Below, piece by piece: positions 36,898 through 46,936 of a stretch of DNA of 64,000 nt; position 1 is the first letter of the stretch; each line of letters begins with the position of its first letter. Under the pieces are notes generated by a model. That model was not told the origin of the DNA and made no database searches. It saw only the letters and a list, made by a program, of their open reading frames with translations. Location of the stretch: the NCBI GenBank assembly GCA_003153375.1, contig PLYM01000174.1:15007-79006 (forward strand), read 5' to 3'. The position numbers were made by a program, and so were the translations under genes. Source of the DNA: Planctomycetaceae bacterium. Its GTDB lineage: Bacteria; Planctomycetota; Planctomycetia; Pirellulales; PALSA-1355.

Positions 36898-37087
36898 ACG
36901 ATGGGGCCTGACAACGCACGGACGAGCCGGGCCCTATTATTGATCGGTCGGCGCCGCATCGCAATTGCACACACCTCGACTTGCGATGAACCATCGAACC
37001 ATGCCCCCTGCGCGCCGCGGCGGGAGATCTTCTATAATCGCATGCGGTTGCGAGCCAGCGGGCCTGTGGTACAGCGAGCGAGAGCAG

Positions 37088-38131
37088 ATGGCGATTCAAC
37101 TTGCGTGTCCTCGCTGTCGCCGGCCGTTGCCAGTTGAGGAAAGTTCGGCGGGGCACCTCGTGCAGTGTCCCGGCTGCATGCTGGAATTCGTGGTTCCCGG
37201 CGCCGCGAGCCGGTCAACTCCCGTGTTCGAATCGTCGCGATCGCCCTCGGCCGGTACGGTGACGGTCGTCGACGTGGAGCAGGCCCAACTGCGGGCACAA
37301 CAGGCGGCCGCCACCCATCTGACCGCGCACATCGAGCTTCAGGAGGCTACTCGGAGGCGGCAGCGATTGGCCACGCGATTGGCGACGCTCAAGCTGTTTC
37401 GCACGGGCCGTCACAGGCTCGATGAATCGGTCACGCGATTGGGCGGCTTTTGCATCGCCGTGACGCTGGGCGGGGCTGTTTTCGTCGTGCTGGGCCGGTT
37501 AGTTTCGGGAACCGCGATCGGGATTCTGCTGGCCGCGTTGGTGGGCATCGTGCTGGCGGCGATTGTCTACTTGCCGTTCTCGTTTGTTCCGGCCGACGAG
37601 CAACTGGAAACCATGATCGTGCCGCTGGGCGCGAGATTCGACGAAGCCGACGCACGGTATCTGACTTGTGCAGCCGTGGAATCAAAACTAAATGCGGAAT
37701 CGGCTGCTGTACAAGCCGAATATGGCCGGCTGAAGGAGGTCATCGAGAGCCGTCTGCATTGGCTGCGTACCTGCGAATGGCCGACGATGACCGGCCAGAC
37801 GTTCGAAACGTTTCTGGCCAAGGTCTTTGAGGAGCGAGGTTACGTGGTCGTGACCACGGCCAAGACCGGCGACCAGGGGGTCGATCTGATCATCTCGCGG
37901 CAAGGCACGCGGGTGGCAGTGCAAGCCAAGGGCTATGTCGGCCATCCAGTCGGGAATGGCGCGGTGCAGGAAGTTCACGCCGGCAAAGCCTTTCATGGCT
38001 GCCAGGTGGCCGCGGTCGTCGCCAATTCGCGCTTTACGGACTCGGCTCGAGAACTGGCCGAGCGGCTCCATTGCATACTGATCGACGGCAGTCAGATTCC
38101 GGACCTGATTGAAGGCCGGATCATGCTCTAG
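37088..38131 (+). CDS. Zinc-ribbon / coiled-coil / 2-TM / Mrr-type (PD-(D/E)xK) restriction-endonuclease-domain protein
   Basis: Start moved to ATG 37088 (MAIQLACPRCRRPLPVEESSAGHLVQCPGCMLEFVVP). Two hydrophobic helices (GGFCIAVTLGGAVFVVLG, IGILLAALVGIVLAAIVYL). C-terminal GQTFETFLAKVFEERGY...GDQGVDLII...VAVQAKGY...VQEV matches the Mrr_cat D...QxK pattern. Confidence 0.7.
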   Translation: MAIQLACPRCRRPLPVEESSAGHLVQCPGCMLEFVVPGAASRSTPVFESSRSPSAGTVTVVDVEQAQLRAQQAAATHLTAHIELQEATRRRQRLATRLATLKLFRTGRHRLDESVTRLGGFCIAVTLGGAVFVVLGRLVSGTAIGILLAALVGIVLAAIVYLPFSFVPADEQLETMIVPLGARFDEADARYLTCAAVESKLNAESAAVQAEYGRLKEVIESRLHWLRTCEWPTMTGQTFETFLAKVFEERGYVVVTTAKTGDQGVDLIISRQGTRVAVQAKGYVGHPVGNGAVQEVHAGKAFHGCQVAAVVANSRFTDSARELAERLHCILIDGSQIPDLIEGRIML

Positions 38132-38255
38132 AGCATTTGTCTGCTTCCGAGGTCGGGCGGTTCGGCATTCTGGACGAGCGACCGCGACGATAGAATGTCC
38201 GGTCTGTCGAGGGGTGGATTCTGCCGGTTCCTTTTCGAGGCTCAACGCCGTGACC

Positions 38256-39488
38256 ATGTCCGATCGCCAGGCGAGCGACCCGGCCGCATCGGTCGCGGAT
38301 GGCCCCGCCTATTCCTTGGCGCAACTGGTGCGTTATTTTCTGCAGCTAGGCGCGTTGGGCTTCGGCGGACCAGTGGCCCTGGTCGGCTTCATGCACCGCG
38401 ACCTGGTTGAGAAGAGGCAGTGGGTTTCGGAATCGGACTACCGCGAAGGGCTAGCATTGGCCCAATTGGCCCCAGGGCCCTTGGCGGCGCAATTGGCCAT
38501 TTATCTGGGCTACGTGCATCATGGCGTGATCGGAGCCACGGCCGTTGGATTGGCGTTTGTTTTGCCCTCGTTCGTGATGGTCGTTGCCTTGGGTTGGGCC
38601 TATGCGGGGTACGGCGGGCTGGCTTGGATGCAGGCCGTCTTCTATGGAGTGGGCGCGTGCGTGATCGGGATCATCGCTCACAGCGCTTTCAAACTGACGC
38701 GGCGCACGATCGGCCGCGATGCGCTGCTGGCCGCTGTATTTCTGGCCAGTGCCGTCTGCACGGCGATCAGCGAGACCGAGTACATCGTGTTATTTCTTTT
38801 GGCGGGCGTGCTCGTCTGGCTCGTCAAGACACCGCCCAAATTCGGACACGGCAAGTCCCATGCGGTAAACGGGATCGCGCCTTTAGTGTGGCTGACCGGA
38901 ATCGAGTGGCATGGCTTTGAGTGGACCGCGGCGTCGCAGACTCGCTTGGATATCCTGGTCTTCTTCACCAAGGCCGGTGCGTTTGTCTTTGGTAGCGGGT
39001 TGGCCATTGTGCCGTTTCTCTATGGCGGCGTCGTTCACGAGTATCACTGGCTCGACGACGCCCAGTTTCTGGACGCCGTGGCCGTGGCCATGATTACTCC
39101 GGGGCCGGTGGTGATCACGGTCGGCTTCATCGGCTATCTGGTCGACGGCCTGACGGGCGCGACGTTGGCAGCGGCCGCCACGTTTCTGCCCTGCTACCTG
39201 TTCACCATTCTGCCGGCGCCCTACTTCAAGAAATATGGCAGTCGCCCGGGCATCGCGTCGTTTGTCGAGGGCATCACCGCGGCCGCGATCGGCGCCATCG
39301 CCGGATCGGTCATCGTGCTGGCCCGCCGCACGATTCTCGACGAATCGTGGCAACTCGAATGGCCCAAAGTGCTGATCTTGCTGGCAACCCTGGGGCTGCT
39401 GATCCGAGCCAAAAAGATTCCCGAGCCGGTGATCGTATTGGCTGCGGCGCTGGTGGGCTTGGTGATCTACCCGTATGTCGGCCCGTAG
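38256..39488 (+). CDS. chrA: Chromate ion transporter (CHR family, two-domain form)
   Basis: Start moved to ATG 38256. LGALGFGGPVALVGFMHRDLVEKRQWVSESDYREGLALAQLAPGPLAAQLA, with the repeated half FGSGLAIVPFLYGGVV...DAVAVAMITPGPV. Confidence 0.85.
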   Translation: MSDRQASDPAASVADGPAYSLAQLVRYFLQLGALGFGGPVALVGFMHRDLVEKRQWVSESDYREGLALAQLAPGPLAAQLAIYLGYVHHGVIGATAVGLAFVLPSFVMVVALGWAYAGYGGLAWMQAVFYGVGACVIGIIAHSAFKLTRRTIGRDALLAAVFLASAVCTAISETEYIVLFLLAGVLVWLVKTPPKFGHGKSHAVNGIAPLVWLTGIEWHGFEWTAASQTRLDILVFFTKAGAFVFGSGLAIVPFLYGGVVHEYHWLDDAQFLDAVAVAMITPGPVVITVGFIGYLVDGLTGATLAAAATFLPCYLFTILPAPYFKKYGSRPGIASFVEGITAAAIGAIAGSVIVLARRTILDESWQLEWPKVLILLATLGLLIRAKKIPEPVIVLAAALVGLVIYPYVGP

Positions 39489-39549
39489 CCCTGGCTTGCA
39501 AGGCCGCTTACGCTGGCAGTTGACCTGGCAGTTTTTCGACCTAGGCGAC

Positions 39550-40911
39550 TCAGACCAACTCTCGAATCGGCTCGCCAGTGCCCAGAATCTGCACGGGCCG
39601 GCCGGCAAAGTCGTTGATCGAGGCGCGGTAGTCGATGCCCAAATGGCGATAGATCGTGGCCAGCAGATCTTGGGGCGTCAGCGGGCGCTCGACCGGATAC
39701 TCGGCTTTCGAGGTCGTCGCGCCGATCACCTGGCCCATTCGCAGCCCGCCACCCGAGACGAGCGCCGACTGGGCGCTGGGCCAGTGATCGCGGCCCAGCA
39801 CGCCCTGTGGACTTGCCAGCCGGGGAGTCCGGCCGAACTCGCCGACGGCCACGACCAGCGTTTTGCGATCGAGCCCGCGGGCGTAGAGGTCTTCGATCAA
39901 GGCCGACAGGCCCTGGTCCATGAACGTCGATCGCCAACGCATGGCCCCTTCCAAGTTCCAGCCCGTGGCCGGATTGGCGTGGTCGTCCCAACTGAAATAA
40001 ATCGGATTGGTAGGCACGGGCGAGAGCGCGTCGATCGTAATCACGCTCGAACCGGCCTCGACCAACCGCCGGGCGAGCAGGCAGCTCTGACCCCACAGAT
40101 GCCGGCCATAGCGGTCACGCGTTTCGGGCTTTTCGCGGTCCAAAGCGAATGCATCCGCCACGGCCGTGCTGGTTAGCAATTGAAATGCCTGCTGGCGAAA
40201 TTGGTCGGTGGCCTCCAGCGCGCCGTGCAGATCGGAGGCACGGCGATAGCGGTCAAGTTGAGCGATCAATCCGCGACGGTCGTCGAGCCGGGCGCCATTG
40301 AGCCCGGCGTCGAGCGAGAGATTCGGCGGATGGAAATTGGCGACCGACGGATCGCCCGTGGTGAACCCGGAGTGCGACATGCCCAAATAGGTCGGCTGGA
40401 CCATGAACGGCACGCGGGGGATGCCCACGTAGCTGGGCAGCCCGCCGTTTCGGGGCCCGCGCAGGCGGCTGGCGATCATGCCGAAGTCGGGATGATCGCT
40501 GCGTGCGGTCGAGGTAGGGTCTTCCTTGGCGGGCGTCTTGCCGGTCAGCAGCTCGATCGAGCCGTCGTTGTGCGACGCCATCTGGTGGTGCAGCGACCGG
40601 ACCAGGGCGATGCGGTGCCCCAGTTTGGCTTGCAGCGGAAAGACCTCACAGACGTCGAGGCCCGGCACCGTGGTCTTGATCGGTCGCAGCGGCCCACGAT
40701 ATTCGCTGGGGGCGTCGGGCTTGCAGTCGTAGGTCTCCAGCTGGCTGGGCCCGCCCCACATCCAGAACAGGATGACCGACGTGTCGGCCGGCGTCTGCGT
40801 GGCAGCGCGGGCTTGCAGCAGGTCCGAAAGGCCGAGCCCACCCAGCGCGAGCGTGCCTAGGCGCAGAAACTCGCGGCGGCGTATCGGTCCGGCACATCCA
40901 GAGCGGGTCAT
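39550..40911 (-). CDS. DUF1501 (sulfatase-fold) protein with a twin-arginine signal
   Basis: 453 aa. RRREFLRLGTLALGG Tat motif, and FWMWGGPSQLETYDCKPDAP, the hallmark DUF1501 N-terminus. Confidence 0.85.
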   Translation of the reverse strand: MTRSGCAGPIRRREFLRLGTLALGGLGLSDLLQARAATQTPADTSVILFWMWGGPSQLETYDCKPDAPSEYRGPLRPIKTTVPGLDVCEVFPLQAKLGHRIALVRSLHHQMASHNDGSIELLTGKTPAKEDPTSTARSDHPDFGMIASRLRGPRNGGLPSYVGIPRVPFMVQPTYLGMSHSGFTTGDPSVANFHPPNLSLDAGLNGARLDDRRGLIAQLDRYRRASDLHGALEATDQFRQQAFQLLTSTAVADAFALDREKPETRDRYGRHLWGQSCLLARRLVEAGSSVITIDALSPVPTNPIYFSWDDHANPATGWNLEGAMRWRSTFMDQGLSALIEDLYARGLDRKTLVVAVGEFGRTPRLASPQGVLGRDHWPSAQSALVSGGGLRMGQVIGATTSKAEYPVERPLTPQDLLATIYRHLGIDYRASINDFAGRPVQILGTGEPIRELV

Positions 40912-41006
40912 GGCTTGGTCCTTCGCCTGTCACGGCCGTCGCCGCGGAAGCCCAGGTGACCCAACTAATGTACCAAGATTGATGCGATAACCGAAGCAGC
41001 TTTGGC

Positions 41007-41026
41007 GAAAAACCCGCGGGTTTTTT
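41007..41026 (-). terminator. Possible weak intrinsic terminator / bidirectional palindrome downstream of the APC permease gene
   Basis: GAAAAACCCGCGGGTTTTTT palindrome lying 17 nt after the permease stop. The stem is short and AU-rich, so the call is weak. Confidence 0.3.
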
Positions 41027-41042
41027 AGCCGACCAGCTGAGA

Positions 41043-42467
41043 TCAAGCGGCAGATCGTTCGATAGCCGTAAAGTATCGCCAGATCGGGTAGACCAAGGCT
41101 CCGGAAGCCAGGATCACGGTGGCGGCCGGCAAGTATTGGTATTGGGCGACCACGATGAACGACCAGCCCACTATGGCGATCAGGCTGGGCAGGGGATAGA
41201 GCCACATGCGAAACGGCAAAGCCACGTCAGGCCGTGTTTTGCGCAACAGGTGCAGACCGAAGATCTGGCCGAGGAATTGCACAAAAATGCGCACCACGAC
41301 GGCCGTTTCAATCACCTCTTGCAGGGAAAAGAAACAAAATCCCGCGGTGAGTGCTCCGATGGTCAAAATGGCAACATAGGGGTAGCGCCCCGTGGGGTGC
41401 AGCCTGGCAAAGATGCGAAAAAAGTCGCCGTTGCGGGCGGCCGCATAAAGGATGCGCGAATAGCCCAGCGTCATCACGAAGGTGGAGGCGATGGCGGTCC
41501 ACAGAATCAGGCCCGTGAACGCGACGGCCACGTTGCGACCGAAGAGCGTTTCCATGAAATCGCTTGCAATCGCCACGGTCTCCCCGCGATCGAGCCGGTC
41601 GACGATGCCCTGCCAGGGCACGACGGCGATGATCGCCACGTTCATGGTCAGGTAGAGCACGGCCACGATCACGACCGACAGGATGACGGCCCGCGGAATC
41701 GTCTTCTCGGGTTGTTTCACTTCGTCGCCGAGATGGCAAACATTGTAATAGCCGAAATAATCGTAAACGGCGATCAGCATCGCGCTGCCCAGCCCCTGGG
41801 CAAAGCCCCCGTCGAGCCGAAACGCGGCGGGCGGCAGGGTGAAATTAGCAGCGTTGAAGTTTGTCAGGCCCGCGATAATCACGATGAACATGGTCAAAAA
41901 GGTGCCCGCGCAGAGAATCACGGCCAAAGTCGCCAGCGAGCGAATGTGGCGGCACAGAGTGAAGGCTACGATGATTGCGGCCACCGCGGCACAGACGCTG
42001 AGGCCGTGCGGAATTCCCCAATGGGCCAGTCGCTCTTCGAGCAAGGGCAGGGCGTAGGCCAGGTAATTGCTGCCGCCGATATAGCCCGAGGCCAGCTCAA
42101 GGGTGCCGCTGATCAGAAACTGCCAGATGAACAGGAAGGCGATCAGCCTTCCGCCCCGGTAGCGGCCGTAGATTTCGCGCAAGAAGTGATAGGTGCCACC
42201 GCTGCCCGGTAGCGCCGCGCCCAACTCGCTCCAGACCAGGCCATCGCAGAGCACGAGCACGGCGCCCAACACCCAGCCCAGCATCGCCTGGGGCCCCCGC
42301 ATGGTGTTGATGAAGAGCGGAATCGTGATGAACGGCCCGACGCCCACCATGTTGGCCACGTTGAGCGAAGTGGCCTGGAGCATGCCAATGCCGCGCGGCA
42401 ATTCGTCGCCGGGGCGGGGATGCTCGCTCATGGAGCCGCCGGGTTGGGGCCCCTGGGCTGTCGACAT
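41043..42467 (-). CDS. Amino acid permease (APC superfamily)
   Basis: 474 aa with about 12 TM helices. N-terminal GIGMLQATSLNVANMVGVGPFITIPLFI is typical of APC transporters. Alternative ATG at 42431. Confidence 0.85.
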   Translation of the reverse strand: MSTAQGPQPGGSMSEHPRPGDELPRGIGMLQATSLNVANMVGVGPFITIPLFINTMRGPQAMLGWVLGAVLVLCDGLVWSELGAALPGSGGTYHFLREIYGRYRGGRLIAFLFIWQFLISGTLELASGYIGGSNYLAYALPLLEERLAHWGIPHGLSVCAAVAAIIVAFTLCRHIRSLATLAVILCAGTFLTMFIVIIAGLTNFNAANFTLPPAAFRLDGGFAQGLGSAMLIAVYDYFGYYNVCHLGDEVKQPEKTIPRAVILSVVIVAVLYLTMNVAIIAVVPWQGIVDRLDRGETVAIASDFMETLFGRNVAVAFTGLILWTAIASTFVMTLGYSRILYAAARNGDFFRIFARLHPTGRYPYVAILTIGALTAGFCFFSLQEVIETAVVVRIFVQFLGQIFGLHLLRKTRPDVALPFRMWLYPLPSLIAIVGWSFIVVAQYQYLPAATVILASGALVYPIWRYFTAIERSAA

Positions 42468-42607
42468 ACGATCCTCACGCGCCGCTGGCAGAGTGCAAAA
42501 GGCAGCGCCGCGATTCGAGCGAAATTGCCGATGACCGGCGGCACGCTAGGCCCAATATACGCCGGCTGTCCCCCCTCGGAAATCGCACTTCGACGCTGGG
42601 GCCACGA

Positions 42608-43618
42608 TCAGTAGTCGGTCGTCTGGAACCGGCGGGCCGAGACGAACAACATCAGGATCGCGAACGCCAACGAGCTGAGCACCGACAGGATCATCGAGAA
42701 GCCGTGCGCTTCGAGCGCGTGGAGATCCAACAGCTTGCCAAAATGACTGCCGGCTCCCAACGAGTTGAACAACAGCATGCTCAGGTCGGCCGGCTTGGGC
42801 AGGATCCAATAGCCGAAATCGACAAGGGTGGTCAAGTACGAGGAGGGCATGGCTTCGGAGACCAGATCGGTCGACATCGCCAGCGCGTGACGACCGAAAT
42901 TCATACTCCAGGCGATGCACCAGAACAAGAGCGATCCAAACACGCAGACCACGGTATTTCCGGTGCAAACGGCCAGCAGCACCGAGAAGCCAAAGAAGAT
43001 CGAAAAGTGCAACAGCAGTAGCGGCACGCACAGCAAATAGGTCGGGTCCCAAAAGCCGGTGCGTAGACCGATGGCCGCCCAGGTGCCGAAGACGAACAGC
43101 ATGGATTGAGCGAACACGAACGACAGCACGCCCAGGTATTTGCCCAGGATCAGCACCCAGCGCGGCGCGGGTTTGGCCAACAGAACGCAGATGTTGCGAC
43201 CCTCGAGAAAGCTGGGCAGGAACCCGGCCGTCCAGATCAGAGTCAGCATTAGCCCCAGCGTGTCGGCCACGCCGCCGGCCAGAATCAGTTCGATGAAGTG
43301 TACCCCCTCGCGCGTGTCGCGAGCCAACGGGACATCGACGGCGCCAAACGCCAGGGTCAATTTGCCGTCGGCCACGATCACACCGGCCGACTTGAGCCGT
43401 TCGTGCTCTTTCGAGATGTCTTCTTTGCGCGAGACGAAATCGGGGCTTTCGTCCCCCTGCCAGAGCGTATCGCGGCCGCTGACGCTGATGCTCAGGCAGA
43501 CGGCGATCGAGAGCACGCTGATTGCCAGCAGCACGTAGAAAATGCCTTGCGCCAGCGACTGTCGAAACGTGTCACGGATCAGCCACAGCATCGTCGTACG
43601 AATCGATGAATCCTTCAT
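42608..43618 (-). CDS. ABC-2 type transporter permease
   Basis: 336 aa multi-TM protein, ATGA-coupled to the upstream ABC ATPase. The topology (N-terminal TM, large loop, then a cluster of TMs) is typical of ABC-2 exporters. Confidence 0.7.
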   Translation of the reverse strand: MKDSSIRTTMLWLIRDTFRQSLAQGIFYVLLAISVLSIAVCLSISVSGRDTLWQGDESPDFVSRKEDISKEHERLKSAGVIVADGKLTLAFGAVDVPLARDTREGVHFIELILAGGVADTLGLMLTLIWTAGFLPSFLEGRNICVLLAKPAPRWVLILGKYLGVLSFVFAQSMLFVFGTWAAIGLRTGFWDPTYLLCVPLLLLHFSIFFGFSVLLAVCTGNTVVCVFGSLLFWCIAWSMNFGRHALAMSTDLVSEAMPSSYLTTLVDFGYWILPKPADLSMLLFNSLGAGSHFGKLLDLHALEAHGFSMILSVLSSLAFAILMLFVSARRFQTTDY

Positions 43619-44388
43619 GACAAGGCTCCTGCATAGAGCGACGCCACGGCGTCTTCGAGAGTGTGTGGATCGGACGGGCCAGCTTCGGGCGCGAGATCGG
43701 CGACTCGGCCGGTCAGCGCCAGCCGGCCTTCACGCAGTACGGCCACTCGGTCGCAAAGCTGTTCGACGTCGGCCAGCGCGTGCGAGACCAGAATCACGCT
43801 GTAGCCGCGATGGCGACGCTGGCGAATCACTTCGTGCAGCAACTGCCGGGCATTGAGATCCATGCCTTCCGACGGTTCGTCGAGCACCAGCAGCTTCGGA
43901 TCGTTCACCAGGGCCTGGGCCAAGGCCAGTCGTTGCAACATGCCCTTGCTAAACTGGGCGATGGATTCGCGACTGCGATCCGCCAGGCCCACTTGCTCGA
44001 GTAACTCGCCGGTGCGCTGGCGAAGCTGGCGTTTCGAGACCCCCGACATCCGGCCATAGCCCTCGACCAGTTGCCAGGCCGTGAGATAGCGAGGGAACGA
44101 GGGGTTTTCATGCACATAGCCGACTTGCGACAACGTGCCGCGATCGGACCAGGGGCATTCGAGCCGCATGATCCGGCCGTCGGTCGGATGGCAGATCGAC
44201 AACAGAATCTTGACCAGTGTGGTCTTGCCGGCCCGATTGGGACCGATCAGGCCAAACACTTCGCCCCAGGGCACGGTCAGGCTGACCTGGTCAAGCGCCC
44301 TGACGCTCCGGCGTGGCCAGCGGCCCGGGTAAACTTTGGTCACCTTCTCAAAGACGACCGCGGCGCGAGCGCCCAATCGAATGTCCAT
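43615..44388 (-). CDS. ABC transporter ATP-binding protein
   Basis: 257 aa. Walker A GPNRAGKTT, signature-like FSKGMLQRLALAQAL, Walker B LLVLDEPSEGMD, H-loop VILVSHAL. Confidence 0.9.
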   Translation of the reverse strand: MDIRLGARAAVVFEKVTKVYPGRWPRRSVRALDQVSLTVPWGEVFGLIGPNRAGKTTLVKILLSICHPTDGRIMRLECPWSDRGTLSQVGYVHENPSFPRYLTAWQLVEGYGRMSGVSKRQLRQRTGELLEQVGLADRSRESIAQFSKGMLQRLALAQALVNDPKLLVLDEPSEGMDLNARQLLHEVIRQRRHRGYSVILVSHALADVEQLCDRVAVLREGRLALTGRVADLAPEAGPSDPHTLEDAVASLYAGALS

Positions 44389-44431
44389 ATTCCTAATCCT
44401 TTCGCAGCTTGATCCTGATCGGGTTTTTGTC

Positions 44432-46936
44432 CTATTGAATCAACGAGATCGGCACGCCGCTTTCGAGAATCTGCGTGAATGCTTGCTGCAAACCGCTGAC
44501 GACCGTGGACTGCGAGCCATAGATGACTTTGTAGCTAGGCATGCCGTCAGTAACGTTGCCAATGGTTTGCATCTGGTTCAAGGTCGACAAGGCCGCGGCG
44601 CTGCTTGCGCTGCCTGGGGCGATGACTGGACCAAAACCGAGGCAATGGATCAGCGCCTTCTTCGAGGCTGACGAATAGCCCGGAGGGCTGGCCGTGTCCA
44701 TCGCGCAGATTTGAGTGCACAGGTTAAAGACCTGCGTGGTTACGGTCGACGCGTTGTCGCCGTAGCCGTTGACGGCGGTGGGAAACTCGCTCGACGACGG
44801 ACTCGAGCTGTTGTACCGGATCGAGTAATAGCTGTTATAAGATCCCAGATTATTCAGCGTCGCACTGGCGGTGGTGTTCGGAGCCCCGTCGGTCTCGAAG
44901 ATGATGATCTTCTGCGCGCCGTGGCGGCCGTTGCCGCCCGCATCGCCGGCGGGCTGGCCCGGGTTGTAGGTCTTCAGCGACGTATTGCCGCTGAACTGAT
45001 TAAAGGCCAGCATCAGGCCCATCGAGTAGCAGGTGCCTCCCATTGCCCGCGGCACTTCCAGATTGTTCGCGTCGTAGGGCGTCACCGTCGAGCTGGAACT
45101 TCCGACCGTGGCGGGCGGATACCACAGCGAATCCTGCATGTTCGAGTAATTCATTCCCAAGCCGACGCGGACACGATTAAACCGGCCGCCGTCGTTATTC
45201 GATTCGCAGGGCGTGCTGAACATCGCCATCGACACCCAGTCGTTCGGGTGATTGTTCGAGATGCCCGTCAGCGCTGCTTGAATGCCGAGCTTGCAGGCAT
45301 ACATCGGCGCTTCGTGGCAGGTGCCGGGCCACCAGCAGAATCGCGAGCAGCTCGGCGAGACCTGATACCACATGTTGTAGTTGCCGAGGAAGTCGACCAT
45401 CGACAGCGGACCGAACCAGAAATGCGTGCCCGGCCGCAAGGGGTTGTCCTTATAGTACATGTACGGCTTCGGGTTGCCCGTCAGGCTGCTCGTTGCCGTA
45501 ATCTTGACCGTGCCGTAAGTGAAGTCGAATCCGTAGCCGGCATAGCCGGTGTTGCCATCGGTGATGCTCAACCAGCTATTCGATCCGGTTTGCACCACGC
45601 CCAGGCAGTAGTCGATGTAATCCTTCCAGAAGCGCTGGTTCAAGTCGCTGGGAGGCCACGACCCGGTGCTGATGCTGGTGGGAATGGCCGAGTAGTAGAC
45701 AATGCGACCCGACTGCAACTGCGAGGGAAACGCGTTGGGACCCAGGTTCTTGATGAAATTCAAGATCGCGGTGTAGTTGATCGTGTAGCCACCGCTTGAG
45801 GGCGTGAGCCAATTGCCACTGCTGTCCCACAGCTTCGAGTTGTCGGTGGTGCCGAAGTAGACGTTGCGCCAGTCGTTGGTGGGGTCGGGCGGCCACATGA
45901 AGAACGTCTTGCCCCAGTAGCCGGGGCCTTGCGTGTAGCCGTTGAAATTCGCGCTCATTCCATAGGCCTTGTAGCCCTGCGATTCGAAGGTGGCATCGCG
46001 CGTCGAGGAGCTGACCGTGCTGATATTCAGCAGGTCGGCCGGCGTCGAACTATAGCCGCTGCCGGCGCCCTTGTTCGTCTTGATGCAGTTGTCCCCGCCA
46101 GGTGTGGTCGCATAGGCCGCGGACGCCGCGGAAAAAGCCACCGTGCCATTGCTGTCGGAATAGAAGTCCTGCACGATGGGCGGGCGTCCGTCGCTGGTCG
46201 TGCTCGTGATGTTGGCTGGGTCGTAGGGGCTGGTAAACGTCGTTGCCTGCAGGCCGGCGGCCGACGTGTTCGAATAGTGTCCGAACTGCGGGAACACGGT
46301 GTCCGGATTGTTCGACGTGCGGTTTCCGGTGTAGGGGTCTCCCATCAAGCTGGCGAAACGCATCGAGCCCGAATAGTCGAGCACGATCACGATGTCGCGC
46401 GGCCGGTGAATGGCCGTGGCCGTGGCCGTGATGTTGGCGCCACTGAAGTTAAAGACCTTGGAAAAGGCCAGCATATTCGACACATTGGCCGACACGTTGG
46501 CCTGCACCAGGCTCCAATTTTCGGTCGAAGGACCGGGAAACTGCCCCTCGAATCGCTGGTTGGCCGAGACGTAGGTGTAGCGTCCAACCTGAGTGGTAAC
46601 CTGGCTCGTTCCGATCGCCTTGGAGAGCACGGTGTTGCCCGTGGCGGCCGTCAGCGCGTTGGGGGCGGCGTTGCTATAGTTGTTGCCCGTGGCGCCGTTG
46701 AGCGTGCGCACCCCGGCCATCGCCGCGGCATCGGCCGCATCCTGGCACTGGGTGCGAGCCACGGCCAGGATGCCCAGGTCGATGGCCAAGGCCACAAACG
46801 TGAGTAGAGCCAGCAAGCTGACCATCAGCAGGACCAATACGGCACCACGACGCTCGTGGCGGCGGTTCGTTGCGTGGACATTTTTCATGGCGGGTCTTTC
46901 TCTAAACGCTCGCGGTAGCTCGTTAATTGCTCTCAC
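44432..46936 (-). CDS. TadG-like pseudopilin N-terminus fused to a large vWA-domain protein
   Basis: 834 aa (GTG 46936; alternative ATG 46888). ERRGAVLVLLMVSLLALLTFVALAIDLGILAVARTQCQDAADAAAMAG is the TadG/TadE-like N-terminal domain. MIDAS elements DIVIVLDYSGSMRF, GGTCYSMGL and IIIFETDGAPN. Confidence 0.75.
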   Translation of the reverse strand: MRAINELPRAFRERPAMKNVHATNRRHERRGAVLVLLMVSLLALLTFVALAIDLGILAVARTQCQDAADAAAMAGVRTLNGATGNNYSNAAPNALTAATGNTVLSKAIGTSQVTTQVGRYTYVSANQRFEGQFPGPSTENWSLVQANVSANVSNMLAFSKVFNFSGANITATATAIHRPRDIVIVLDYSGSMRFASLMGDPYTGNRTSNNPDTVFPQFGHYSNTSAAGLQATTFTSPYDPANITSTTSDGRPPIVQDFYSDSNGTVAFSAASAAYATTPGGDNCIKTNKGAGSGYSSTPADLLNISTVSSSTRDATFESQGYKAYGMSANFNGYTQGPGYWGKTFFMWPPDPTNDWRNVYFGTTDNSKLWDSSGNWLTPSSGGYTINYTAILNFIKNLGPNAFPSQLQSGRIVYYSAIPTSISTGSWPPSDLNQRFWKDYIDYCLGVVQTGSNSWLSITDGNTGYAGYGFDFTYGTVKITATSSLTGNPKPYMYYKDNPLRPGTHFWFGPLSMVDFLGNYNMWYQVSPSCSRFCWWPGTCHEAPMYACKLGIQAALTGISNNHPNDWVSMAMFSTPCESNNDGGRFNRVRVGLGMNYSNMQDSLWYPPATVGSSSSTVTPYDANNLEVPRAMGGTCYSMGLMLAFNQFSGNTSLKTYNPGQPAGDAGGNGRHGAQKIIIFETDGAPNTTASATLNNLGSYNSYYSIRYNSSSPSSSEFPTAVNGYGDNASTVTTQVFNLCTQICAMDTASPPGYSSASKKALIHCLGFGPVIAPGSASSAAALSTLNQMQTIGNVTDGMPSYKVIYGSQSTVVSGLQQAFTQILESGVPISLIQ

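Noticed and set aside
39550-40911. DUF1501 gene lacking the usual upstream DUF1549/DUF1553 (PSD1/PSCyt) partner, considered as an anomaly
   Set aside because: DUF1501 genes are highly multiplied in planctomycete genomes and orphan copies are to be expected. Nothing in the sequence itself is unusual.
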